In this document: positions 10,480 to 19,282 of the stretch, one piece after another
How the letters are laid out: each line of letters begins with the position of its first letter
How positions within the stretch are numbered: the stretch's first letter is position 1
From: an uncultured bacterium
Lineage (GTDB): Bacteria; JAGOEH01
NCBI GenBank assembly: GCA_964632485.1
Contig: CAZWDO010000007.1
Coordinates: 124,001 to 188,000, forward strand
Direction: 5' to 3'
DNA length: 64,000 nt
Notes under the pieces: model-generated
Database searches by the model: none
Told to the model about the DNA's origin: nothing
What the model saw: only the letters and a program-made list of their open reading frames with translations
Position numbers and translations under genes: made by a program

Positions 10480-11037
10480 TCATTTCTTCAGCGATTGGCC
10501 CAATTTAATTAAATTGGCATCAAATTTTAGTCTGGATTCTTTTAAGAGTTCCAGATTAATCTTGAAGCGGATCTGATCTTCATATTTAACAAAATAGACC
10601 AGCGCTCCGTATTTAGCCAGTTCCTCGTTCTCACTGATCAAAAGTGTAGAATGGCGGTCAATGTTCTTCACCGTGCGTTCCAGGTCGCGCTTGAAATTAG
10701 CGGCGATATAAATAATATGTGAAAACGGAATATTCTCTTCCTCAGTGATTTGGTGGATTTGCACTGGCCGGTTTTTCATCGGAGTGTTTTTAGCCATTGC
10801 TTTCAAACGGGTTATAATCGGGCTGCTCCCGACAACACTGATAATGAACGGTCCATTTTGGGCAGCCGCCGATTGATCGTCGGGCCAATCGATAAACTTG
10901 GTAAAGCTGACCATAATCGCCACTCGCACATTATACTCGTCAACCGCCATATCTCCTTCATCGGCCGCCGAGGACGGCTCAAAAAGCCGGGCAAGAACTC
11001 CAAAGATGATGATGAGGAACAACCAGCATCTTTTCAT
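10480..11037 (-). CDS. YfiR/HmsC-family (DUF4154-like) periplasmic protein
   Basis: Signal peptide; EYNVRVAIMVSFTKFIDWP matches the EYxxKAAxLxNFxxFxxWP family motif; C-terminal IRFKINLE...LKFDANLIKL. Confidence 0.82.
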   Translation of the reverse strand: MKRCWLFLIIIFGVLARLFEPSSAADEGDMAVDEYNVRVAIMVSFTKFIDWPDDQSAAAQNGPFIISVVGSSPIITRLKAMAKNTPMKNRPVQIHQITEEENIPFSHIIYIAANFKRDLERTVKNIDRHSTLLISENEELAKYGALVYFVKYEDQIRFKINLELLKESRLKFDANLIKLGQSLKK

Positions 11038-11116
11038 AGTAGTATATAGGGATGAAAAAAATTCTACGCCACAATTTTATCGAACAGTTTTTGTATCTTT
11101 GGCACAGGAGAAGCGG

Positions 11117-11152
11117 GTCTGTGCTTCCAAGAGTAACTTAGGAAGCACAGAC
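11117..11152. repeat. Intergenic 12-bp perfect inverted repeat (stem-loop) inside the TBDR-yfiR operon
   Basis: GTCTGTGCTTCC-N12-GGAAGCACAGAC; no U-tract follows on the minus strand. Confidence 0.75.
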
Positions 11153-11179
11153 AAACTTCAGTACTAAAAATCCAGAAAA

Positions 11180-13411
11180 TTAGAGGTTCAGATCAATACC
11201 AACGGCCACGCGCATGGGGTTCTGCGGAGTGCCGCCGGGAATTTCGGGCGAGCCGGCGCCTGCATAATAATTGACGCAGGTATAGCGGCTGTCGAGAGCA
11301 TTACTGACTTTAGCGAATACGCCGATGCACGGGGTGACCGCGTAGCGCAGGTGCAAATTGAGCAGGGCGAAGCCGTCGATGGTCTTGCGCTGAGTCGCGC
11401 CTTCGTTCGTTTCCATTTCCAAGCTCCGTTGCTTGCCAAGGAAGGTCAGTTGGGGGTTGATGATCAATTTGTTCAGCATCAATTCGGCACCGGCCTTGAC
11501 AGCCATCGGCACGATATAGGCTACGTCCACATAGTCGCCGTTATCCAGAGCGTCCACTTCGCCCGTCGTGTAGCTCATGGCCACAAAAGCGCTTAAGCGG
11601 CTGCTCTGTCCGAATTTCTTCAAGTAATCTAATTTCAACGTGCCACCATAGAGTTTTTCCACGCCCGCGTTCCGATAGCGCTGCATGGCATACACAGTGC
11701 GGCCCTTGTAGTAATAGACCTGGTCTGCCTCGTTCCAGTATTCCACGGCGTTGGTGGCGGCTAACAGATCGGTGAGTCTGGTGTACCAGGCGCCGGCAGT
11801 CACGCTCAATTCACCGCCCAGGTATTGCTGGATGCTGATTTCACCGTTCTGGGACTTCATGGGGTCCAGATTAGGACTGGGTACCCACACATAATAAGAA
11901 TAATAGGTTTTTCCGGTGTCGTTGCTATAGAAGGAACCATAGTGCATGAAGGCGGCCGAGGGAGCTGGCGCTAGGAAAGCGCTACCGTAGAGCAGTTTGA
12001 TATTGGTTTTAGAAGTCGGCGCGTAAACAACGCCCAGCCGCGGATTAAAGGTTGAATGATAGCGGCTGTTGTAGTCGAAGCGAGTGCCCAAGGTGATGGC
12101 TAACTGTTTAGAGGCTTTGTACTGCGCCTGCAAGTAAGAACCGATGTTGTTGTATTTGGAAGTGTAGAAATCGGCGTCCAGGTCTGTGCCCAACAGCTTA
12201 GCGACAATTCCCTTTTCCTCGTCCACCTTGTCCTGCAGATCATTGGAGCGCGGAATGGCGAAAAACTTCTCGAACGACACCCCGCCGGTTAGATTCAGTT
12301 TCTCGTTCACCGACCAGATCAACTGCTCCTCGATCTTGCTCATGGAACTGGTGCCATACTTGTAGCCTGGTTCCATACTAACGTAAATATTGCGATAGTT
12401 CGAGGTGGGCAGGATATCAAAGCTGCTGTAGGTCAGTGTGGCGGTATGACTGAAGGCGCCAATTGTCTTCTGATGCACTGCGGTCGCCATTGTGATGCTG
12501 TGTTCCCAGAACACGTCCTCGTTGTAAACAGCATTATTGGGAGTATAGCTGGTGGCCGACGGCACCCGGCTACGGTTCTTGAATACGCTGACACTAAAAT
12601 CGTTGAAAGTCAGTTTGCTGTAAACCGACCAGGCAAACTTGGGAATATTGTAGTCCGGATCGACCGGCGCTTTGGGCGTCATATTGCCCCAATTAGTATT
12701 GAAAGTGCCGCTTTTCAGGCTGTCAATACCTGCGAATTCATCTTTATAAAATTCACTGAGATCGGGCTGGCCGTCATAGAAATATTGTCCAGCAACGAGC
12801 AATCCGGCCGATTCATTAAATTTTTTCCCGTAATAGAGCGATGTGTTGACCGTGTTGTACATGCCCCCATTGACGGATACAAAAATCGGCCGTTCCATCT
12901 CTTCCGGCGATTTAGTGATGATGTTGATCACGCCCGAGACCGCGTCGGCGCCATAGAGGGCCGAGGCCGGACCCACCACGACCTCAATCTGTTTGGCGAA
13001 ATGGATGGGGTAATTCTCGAAAATCGGCATCCCCTCGTTGCAACTGCCAGAGATTTTAGCTCCGTCAAGCAGGATGATCATCTTCTCCAATCCCTCCAAA
13101 CCGCGGATAACCGTTAAATCCTGACCCTCCGTATTGCAGTTGACATGAACGATAAAATCGGGCAAATCCTTGATCACGTCCATCAGCGACTGATAGCCGC
13201 GGTTTTTGATCTGCCCCTCGGTGATCGTATAGATCGTGGCCGGCGCATCGCTCGAGCGCTGCTCGCTCTTGGATGCTGTCACCACCTTCATGTTCATCAG
13301 GTCTTCCAGGGACATCTCCAAAAGCATGTCCAGTTCCGTTTCCTGAGCGCCCATGACGACCCATCCCCACAAAACCATCGACATCAACAACATACACTTT
13401 TTCGGGCTCAT
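11180..13411 (-). CDS. TonB-dependent outer-membrane receptor
   Basis: Signal peptide; LLEMSLEDLMNMKVVTASK N-terminus; plug motif IEVVVGPASALYGADAVSGVINIITK; beta-barrel-like C-terminus (SNALDSRY). Confidence 0.92.
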   Translation of the reverse strand: MSPKKCMLLMSMVLWGWVVMGAQETELDMLLEMSLEDLMNMKVVTASKSEQRSSDAPATIYTITEGQIKNRGYQSLMDVIKDLPDFIVHVNCNTEGQDLTVIRGLEGLEKMIILLDGAKISGSCNEGMPIFENYPIHFAKQIEVVVGPASALYGADAVSGVINIITKSPEEMERPIFVSVNGGMYNTVNTSLYYGKKFNESAGLLVAGQYFYDGQPDLSEFYKDEFAGIDSLKSGTFNTNWGNMTPKAPVDPDYNIPKFAWSVYSKLTFNDFSVSVFKNRSRVPSATSYTPNNAVYNEDVFWEHSITMATAVHQKTIGAFSHTATLTYSSFDILPTSNYRNIYVSMEPGYKYGTSSMSKIEEQLIWSVNEKLNLTGGVSFEKFFAIPRSNDLQDKVDEEKGIVAKLLGTDLDADFYTSKYNNIGSYLQAQYKASKQLAITLGTRFDYNSRYHSTFNPRLGVVYAPTSKTNIKLLYGSAFLAPAPSAAFMHYGSFYSNDTGKTYYSYYVWVPSPNLDPMKSQNGEISIQQYLGGELSVTAGAWYTRLTDLLAATNAVEYWNEADQVYYYKGRTVYAMQRYRNAGVEKLYGGTLKLDYLKKFGQSSRLSAFVAMSYTTGEVDALDNGDYVDVAYIVPMAVKAGAELMLNKLIINPQLTFLGKQRSLEMETNEGATQRKTIDGFALLNLHLRYAVTPCIGVFAKVSNALDSRYTCVNYYAGAGSPEIPGGTPQNPMRVAVGIDLNL

Positions 13412-13738
13412 TGCAGCTCCTTTGTTAAACGTTTACGTATCCCAAAGTATAGACCTAATGTAAAGATAATACAATTCTAAAAAAATGCAAGAAAAAAATT
13501 TCCACCCATAGCGCCAAAGAAATTCCAGGCTTTATCCCGGGAATCTTAGAGCATTTAGTCTTAAACGCATTATTCAAATGCGCTTATCCGGAAATATGAT
13601 ATCGATAATAAAAGCTTTTCCTACTTAAAATTTTTTTTAGACTAAATCCAACCACAATATACTATATTTTAATTCTATATGATTACCATTTAAAATGCCG
13701 AGAACGTGAGCCATAAAAAAGAAGCGCAGGGATGTTGG

Positions 13739-15514
13739 TCACTGTGATTCGACAGGAAATGATATGCGAATTGTGTTGAAGTCATTTTTCTCGAAGAAGA
13801 TTGACCCGCCCAATTGCGAAATTAGCAGACGCACTAATTGCAAACCAAACCCTTGGGAGGCATCCACGCTAAAATTTTCAGGAAAGCCAGGGCCGTCATC
13901 CTGAATCAGCAAAACCCCCAGGTTATCGCTTAAATGCAACTCGATTTTCAATTCTCCGTCCGAAGCGCCCTTGAAAGCATATTTGAAGGCATTCACCAAT
14001 AGTTCATTGAGAATCAAGCCCAGGGATATCGCATTGTTAATAGGCAGGGAAATTTCTTCAAATAGCGTAGTGATCTGAAAATGTCGCGATTGATGGGAAT
14101 AAGAGTCGCGGATATAGTTAATGAGCTGTTCCAGATAAAAATTCAGGGGAACCGATTCCATATTTCCGGAATTATAGAGAATAGAATAAAGCTCAGAAAC
14201 AGAAAAAATTCGACGGCTGACGGTTTTCATCACATCGCGGACGAGTTCCGATTCATGAGAATGGGCCTGGATTTCAACCAAACTGTTGATCAGATTCAGA
14301 CTATTTTTCACTCGATGCTGCAATTCCCGCAGAAGGGCTTCTTTTTCCTGCACAACGTGGGACAGTTTTTGTTTGGCCAGTTCCTGCTCCGTAATATCAA
14401 TTGTGAAACCTGCCAAGTATTCTGGCCAGCCATCTTCAAAAATTGGAAATTTCAGCGTTCGATAATAGCGTTGATTCAATTCCTCAAATACTTCCAAAGG
14501 CTTTCCTTCCGCCAGAATACGTTTATCATCGGCGATCATATTTTTCGCTAAATCGGACGGGAAAATTTCATCCATGCTTTTGCCGAGAATCTCATCCAAT
14601 GGCATCCCCAACAAGCTTTCATAGTTCCTACTCAGCAAGATTGCCCGGATATCACGGTCCTTAAAAAAAATATAGATGGGACTTTTCTCTAAAAAAAGAT
14701 TGATGATCCGGTTGAATCTTTTCAACTCGGCTTCGGCTTGTCTTCTATCGGTGATATCCCGACCCACAACGACAAGTCCTTTACGATTCCCATTCCGGTC
14801 AAACGTAGGAACCTTAATAATATCAAATATCTTCGCGCCGCTGTCAGCAGAGGGAATCACTTCTTCTCCCCGATAAAAATTCCCGGAGCGCCAGGCTTGC
14901 TCGTCCGATGCCGCGCATGTCAGGAAGGCATCGCGATATAAATTGTTATATTCCGCCAGTTCCAGAGCATTCTTCCCTCGGTAATCAACATTCGTCAATC
15001 CAAACAATTCAAGATTGAATGGGTTGGTCTCTAATATGCGCCCCTTACCGTCTTTCAAACAAACAATATCCGGCAGGGCGTTGATAAGAGTTCTCAGAAG
15101 ATCCTCGCTCTCCTTCAACGCGATCTCCGTTTCCGTCTGATCCTTTTTACAGCAACAAAGATAGTAAAATTTGCGTATCGTGGCGGTAAGCCAAGTGGTT
15201 CCGCCTTCCGGCAAAACCATGACGTTTTCCATCGACTCGGTTGATAGTACCGCACCTGCGATTCCCTCGGCTTTAACAATATAAATAATTGGAATTTCTG
15301 TTGGTATTGATAGTTTCAAAACTGACTCCCAACTACCAATGGCGGAAAAATGCAAAATTATTAAATTAATCTTAAGTTTGGAATTCAATACACCATTCGC
15401 TTCATTCAAATCTTTGACATTGCAAATCTCCAATCCCAACCGTTTCAGTTCTTGCGCCTCAGAATCAAACCCATGGGATGAAAGCAATAAAATATTCCAT
15501 CTTGTTTGCGACAT
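13739..15514 (-). CDS. Cytoplasmic PAS-PAS histidine kinase (HisKA_2 type) with degenerate N-terminal receiver-like domain
   Basis: Two PAS/PAC domains (RDITDRR, IDITEQ), H-box ELQHRVKNSL, NELLVNAFKYAF, DDGPGF, GFGLQLV. Confidence 0.9.
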   Translation of the reverse strand: MSQTRWNILLLSSHGFDSEAQELKRLGLEICNVKDLNEANGVLNSKLKINLIILHFSAIGSWESVLKLSIPTEIPIIYIVKAEGIAGAVLSTESMENVMVLPEGGTTWLTATIRKFYYLCCCKKDQTETEIALKESEDLLRTLINALPDIVCLKDGKGRILETNPFNLELFGLTNVDYRGKNALELAEYNNLYRDAFLTCAASDEQAWRSGNFYRGEEVIPSADSGAKIFDIIKVPTFDRNGNRKGLVVVGRDITDRRQAEAELKRFNRIINLFLEKSPIYIFFKDRDIRAILLSRNYESLLGMPLDEILGKSMDEIFPSDLAKNMIADDKRILAEGKPLEVFEELNQRYYRTLKFPIFEDGWPEYLAGFTIDITEQELAKQKLSHVVQEKEALLRELQHRVKNSLNLINSLVEIQAHSHESELVRDVMKTVSRRIFSVSELYSILYNSGNMESVPLNFYLEQLINYIRDSYSHQSRHFQITTLFEEISLPINNAISLGLILNELLVNAFKYAFKGASDGELKIELHLSDNLGVLLIQDDGPGFPENFSVDASQGFGLQLVRLLISQLGGSIFFEKNDFNTIRISFPVESQ

Positions 15515-15544
15515 TATGACTCCTTTGTTCTAACCGACTTGTAA

Positions 15545-15573
15545 ATAATAACAAATTTATGAAATATTGTCAA
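15545..15573 (-). promoter_or_regulatory. sigma70-type promoter for the PAS kinase
   Basis: Minus strand reads TTGACA-17 nt-TATTAT with a TGn extended -10. Confidence 0.7.
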
Positions 15574-15854
15574 GATAATTTTTATTTTAATGAAAGTTTA
15601 TTATTATTTTATTTATTTGAAATGGCCATTAGAAACAAATAGAATTTAAATACACTAAGCATAACTAAAAAAATTATTTATAAATTTCTATGAATTATAA
15701 AAAATTTTATATCCCGAATGCAAAAAATCTGAAAACAAATTTAAAATTTGTTCCATTCGTCTCAACAATCAGCCCATATCTTCCGGAATCGACGGAAAGT
15801 TACCGTTACTATAATTAATTTTCAGCTTGTGAAGCGCATTCTGAAAAAAACCGC

Positions 15855-15883
15855 TTGCACATCGCTTTCAGTTTTTTTATATT
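15855..15883 (+). promoter_or_regulatory. sigma70-type promoter for the MORN-repeat protease
   Basis: TTGCAC-17 nt-TATATT. Confidence 0.5.
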
Positions 15884-16049
15884 TAAAACGAGTGGAACAT
15901 ACCGAGAATGGTATGCCGAATCAAGTTAACGACACGGGTTGTGGTATCCATTCTAATGGATCATATTTGGCACGATTATTGCAATTTGAATTTGATGACC
16001 CGCTATCAGCGTCGTAATTTGAAATTTTAACTGGACATGAGGAGGAACC

Positions 16050-18362
16050 ATGCAAAAACACGCAGTTTTAATCGCGATCTTAATCTGGCTAAGCAGTAGC
16101 GCGCTCACTCAGGCCAAGGAACGATGGTATTATAATGAAAACTGGATTCGCACCCAGGATGAACAAAACGCATCGTTTTACCGGGATATTGAATTTGATA
16201 AAAAAGGTAAACCAAAAGGGAAAATTAAGGATTACTTCATAAGTGGTGAGCTTCAGGGTGAGGGGTATGCTTATAACTTAGACCCGTTTGATGATAGCAA
16301 ATCGACGTGGGAAGGGAAACTGGTCGTATATTACAAAAACGGGAAAAAAGCAAATGAGCGCCATTACGTAAAAGGCGCACTGGAGGGAGAGAACCGGTCC
16401 TGGTATGAAAACGGCCAATTGCAGTCCCGAATGAATTTTCGAAATGACAAGCGGGAAGGAAAACTTGAAAGCTGGTATGCCGACGGCAAAATTCTGATGG
16501 TCGGTTATTTTAAAAACAACCTGGGCAATGGTTTATGGCAGGAATGGCATGAAAACGGCCGTTTAAAACGGCAATTCACGATGATTGAGGATAAACGGGA
16601 AGGGCTTTATCAGGAATGGTACGACAATGGCGTCTCCATGACCAAAATGAATATGGTTGGTGATGAACCTGACGGAGAAGTGATGGGATGGCACCCAAAC
16701 GGGAAAATGCGATACCATGGATTCTACAAACAGGGCATGAAAACAGGAATCCACCGGCGGTGGTATGAAGATGGCGCACTTGAATTTCAGGGTGCCTGGG
16801 AGAACAACCGGGAAGAAGGAATTCATCGCTCATTTCATCCCAACGGCGAAATTGCCGACGATATCAGTTATCACGAGGGACGCGAACAGACGACGTATCG
16901 CTCCTGGTATCAAAACGGTCAAAATCAAAGTGAAATCCCTTTCATCAATGGTAAACGGGAAGGTACCGCTACTTTTTGGTACGAAAATGGCCAAAAAATG
17001 TCGGAATTCTTCTATCGCAACAATCTCCAGGAAGAATGGAGCTCAGTCTGGGATGAAAGCGGAAAAATCAGGCGCAAGGGATTCTTTCATAATGATAAGC
17101 TGAGCGACAAGCAATGGATTATTTTTGATGAATACGGCCGATCCTGGAAGGAGTTCAATGAAAACTTTTCCGATACCACCAATCCATTCGGCTGGCCCAT
17201 TGAAAGCAATGAAAAATCAACTAAACTGATCATGAGCGATTCCGCATATTCCGTTTATGGCGTGTCATCATTTACGGATCAGACAGAAACAGCCGGTATC
17301 AACATTCCCTATCAGGACCCCGGTCTGGATTTCACGCTGGAAACAAACGTGGGAATTTTTATGGCAAAAAACGAACCCTTTTATTACGGCATCTACCTGG
17401 GATTCCGCGATTGGCAAAACCACTGGAGCTTTGTGATCAACCAAAAAAAACAATTTCGAATAACTCATTATTTGGAAGGAATCGAAGTCGAGGGCAGTGG
17501 GTGGCAATCCTGCGAGGATATACAACCCACTCAATCCAATACGCTTAAAGTGATAAAACTTGATGGTGAGGCCATGTTTTTCATAAACGGCCAAACAATA
17601 TGGAAAGCCAAATTTTCTCAACTTTACGGCAATGAATTCGGATTTGTTGTTTCGCCAGGGAAAACCATGATCGCCGATTATTTTCAAATCAAGGATTTCA
17701 GTTCTCCCGTCGGTTACTCAGACGAAGCCGGGGGCTGGATGGGCAACGGTTCAGGCATTCTTATACATGAAAATGGGTATATTTTAACCAATTATCATGT
17801 AATTGAAAAGGCCCGGGAAATTCAAATAACCTGGCTGGACAGCAGAAACAGGGAGCAGACTTTCAACGCCAGCCTCGAACGTTCAGATCCGCAAAACGAC
17901 CTTGCTATCCTGAAAATTTCAGATAAAAATTATAATAGAGTTAAAGAACTCCCCTATATAATCAACTATAACACGGCCCAAGTCGGGGAAACGGTTTTTA
18001 CCCTTGGATTCCCCCATGCCTTAAGCGAAATGGGAAAAGAAGTCAAAGTCACCGATGGCCTGATTAGCGCGTTGACCGGGTACCAGGATGACATTTCGAC
18101 TTATCAAATATCTGTTCCCGTGCAGGCAGGAAACAGCGGCGGTCCTCTCTTCAATAAAAAGGGTGAGTTAGTGGGAATTGTCAACGCTAAAATATATGGT
18201 ATGGATAACGTCTCGTATGCGATTAAAAGCAATTATATCAAGAATTTGATCGACCTGCTGCCCGGGAAACCGCGCTATGTGGATAAAGGACTGGGGAAAA
18301 AGCCATTAACCGATCAAATCGGGATTTTAAAACCATTTGTAGTCATGATCAAAATACGCTGA
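16050..18362 (+). CDS. Secreted MORN_2/YwqK-like repeat protein with central beta-sandwich domain and C-terminal trypsin-like (S1) serine protease
   Basis: Signal peptide; about 11 repeats of G-x4-W(Y/H)xNG at 24-aa spacing; protease triad TNYHV, DLAIL, GNSGGP; no PDZ; GAGGAGG SD. Confidence 0.85.
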   Translation: MQKHAVLIAILIWLSSSALTQAKERWYYNENWIRTQDEQNASFYRDIEFDKKGKPKGKIKDYFISGELQGEGYAYNLDPFDDSKSTWEGKLVVYYKNGKKANERHYVKGALEGENRSWYENGQLQSRMNFRNDKREGKLESWYADGKILMVGYFKNNLGNGLWQEWHENGRLKRQFTMIEDKREGLYQEWYDNGVSMTKMNMVGDEPDGEVMGWHPNGKMRYHGFYKQGMKTGIHRRWYEDGALEFQGAWENNREEGIHRSFHPNGEIADDISYHEGREQTTYRSWYQNGQNQSEIPFINGKREGTATFWYENGQKMSEFFYRNNLQEEWSSVWDESGKIRRKGFFHNDKLSDKQWIIFDEYGRSWKEFNENFSDTTNPFGWPIESNEKSTKLIMSDSAYSVYGVSSFTDQTETAGINIPYQDPGLDFTLETNVGIFMAKNEPFYYGIYLGFRDWQNHWSFVINQKKQFRITHYLEGIEVEGSGWQSCEDIQPTQSNTLKVIKLDGEAMFFINGQTIWKAKFSQLYGNEFGFVVSPGKTMIADYFQIKDFSSPVGYSDEAGGWMGNGSGILIHENGYILTNYHVIEKAREIQITWLDSRNREQTFNASLERSDPQNDLAILKISDKNYNRVKELPYIINYNTAQVGETVFTLGFPHALSEMGKEVKVTDGLISALTGYQDDISTYQISVPVQAGNSGGPLFNKKGELVGIVNAKIYGMDNVSYAIKSNYIKNLIDLLPGKPRYVDKGLGKKPLTDQIGILKPFVVMIKIR

Positions 18363-18373
18363 AGGAGACAACT

Positions 18374-18493
18374 ATGTGGAAGCTAAAAAATAATAAACGG
18401 GAAAATCTGCCCCTGATACTCAACGGAATCGTATTGATTGTCTTACTGGCAATGTTACTCATCAAATACTTATCGCAAAGCGGAATCCTCTAA
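18374..18493 (+). CDS. Small membrane protein, 39 aa (MWKLKNNKRENLPLILNGIVLIVLLAMLLIKYLSQSGIL), not in ORF track
   Basis: GAAGGAG SD overlaps the upstream stop; basic N-terminus plus one hydrophobic helix; followed directly by a hairpin. Confidence 0.65.
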   Translation: MWKLKNNKRENLPLILNGIVLIVLLAMLLIKYLSQSGIL

Positions 18494-18499
18494 TAACCG

Positions 18500-18521
18500 G
18501 AGGATGGGAAGGCCCATCCTC
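18500..18521. terminator. Hairpin between convergent genes
   Basis: GAGGATGGG-AAGG-CCCATCCTC, a 9-bp perfect stem. Confidence 0.6.
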
Positions 18522-18536
18522 ATATAAAAGAAATTT

Positions 18537-18935
18537 TTAATCAGTATCGGCAGAGGAATTTTCCGTTTTGAATTGGCAGGTGATCATTGTTAATTCATCA
18601 CCTTTAAGATTGACATCGGAAATGGCATGAGCAATCTGCTCCAAACCGTCGCTGTTTTCACTGCTGGCGATATTTATCGATTCAATATTCTGTAAAATTT
18701 GGTCCATCGCGCTTTTTTGTTCTAAGAGCGCCGCGGAAATCTGATTAATCAAATCAAGCGTATCGTCACTCATCCGGTTAATCCGTTCATTCATGTCAGA
18801 ACCACTCAGCACCTCATTTCTCAAACTTTCAAATGTTTGAGCGTTAGCAGAAATTTCTATAACAATTTTTTTAATGTTTCCCTGAATATGATGGATTAAA
18901 TTAGAAATGCCCTTAATTATTTGACTATTATTCAA
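18537..18935 (-). CDS. Short protein resembling only the C-terminal (return) helix of an MCP signalling domain
   Basis: INQISAALLEQKSAMDQILQNIESINIASSENSDGLEQIAHAISDVN...QFKT heptad pattern. The conserved hairpin tip is absent. TTG start with AGGA upstream. Confidence 0.55.
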   Translation of the reverse strand: MNNSQIIKGISNLIHHIQGNIKKIVIEISANAQTFESLRNEVLSGSDMNERINRMSDDTLDLINQISAALLEQKSAMDQILQNIESINIASSENSDGLEQIAHAISDVNLKGDELTMITCQFKTENSSADTD

Positions 18936-18949
18936 ACTAATCCTAATTA

Positions 18950-18978
18950 AAATTAATATGCGATCCAGCGGATGTCAA
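18950..18978 (-). promoter_or_regulatory. sigma70-type promoter for the short MCP-like gene
   Basis: Minus strand reads TTGACA-17 nt-TAATTT. Confidence 0.55.
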
Positions 18979-19226
18979 GTAAATTATTTTTTAAAATATT
19001 TTTAGTCCATGGCCCTGCATTCATCCGGCGTTAATATGTATTTTGCTCTCTTACTGATTGATAACCTCCGGCGAATCAAGCTAAATCCATAGTATAACTC
19101 TTTAATCATAATAAGGGATACCAATAAATTCATGGCTGAAAACCTTACAAGACTTGTCCGGAGATTATAAGAATAAGCAACATGTAAAATTTTCAAATTG
19201 AGACACAACAAAGTAAAATTTGCAGC

Positions 19227-19255
19227 TTGACTTTTTATGGTTTTCAGCTTAAATT
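19227..19255 (+). promoter_or_regulatory. sigma70-type promoter for the MCP gene
   Basis: TTGACT-17 nt-TAAATT. Confidence 0.5.
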
Positions 19256-19282
19256 AATATAGCCTGAACCTGAAAGGTCATA

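Noticed and set aside
15748-16017. 89-aa ORF from the track upstream of the MORN protease
   Set aside because: TTG start with no SD; it spans the predicted promoter and leader and has no recognisable features.
16050-17120. YwqK-like repeats as an antitoxin of a toxin-antitoxin or polymorphic toxin system
   Set aside because: The repeats are part of a secreted protease fusion and there is no adjacent toxin gene.
19002-19211. 69-aa ORF between the divergent MCP-related genes
   Set aside because: AT-rich promoter region; no SD and no recognisable motifs.
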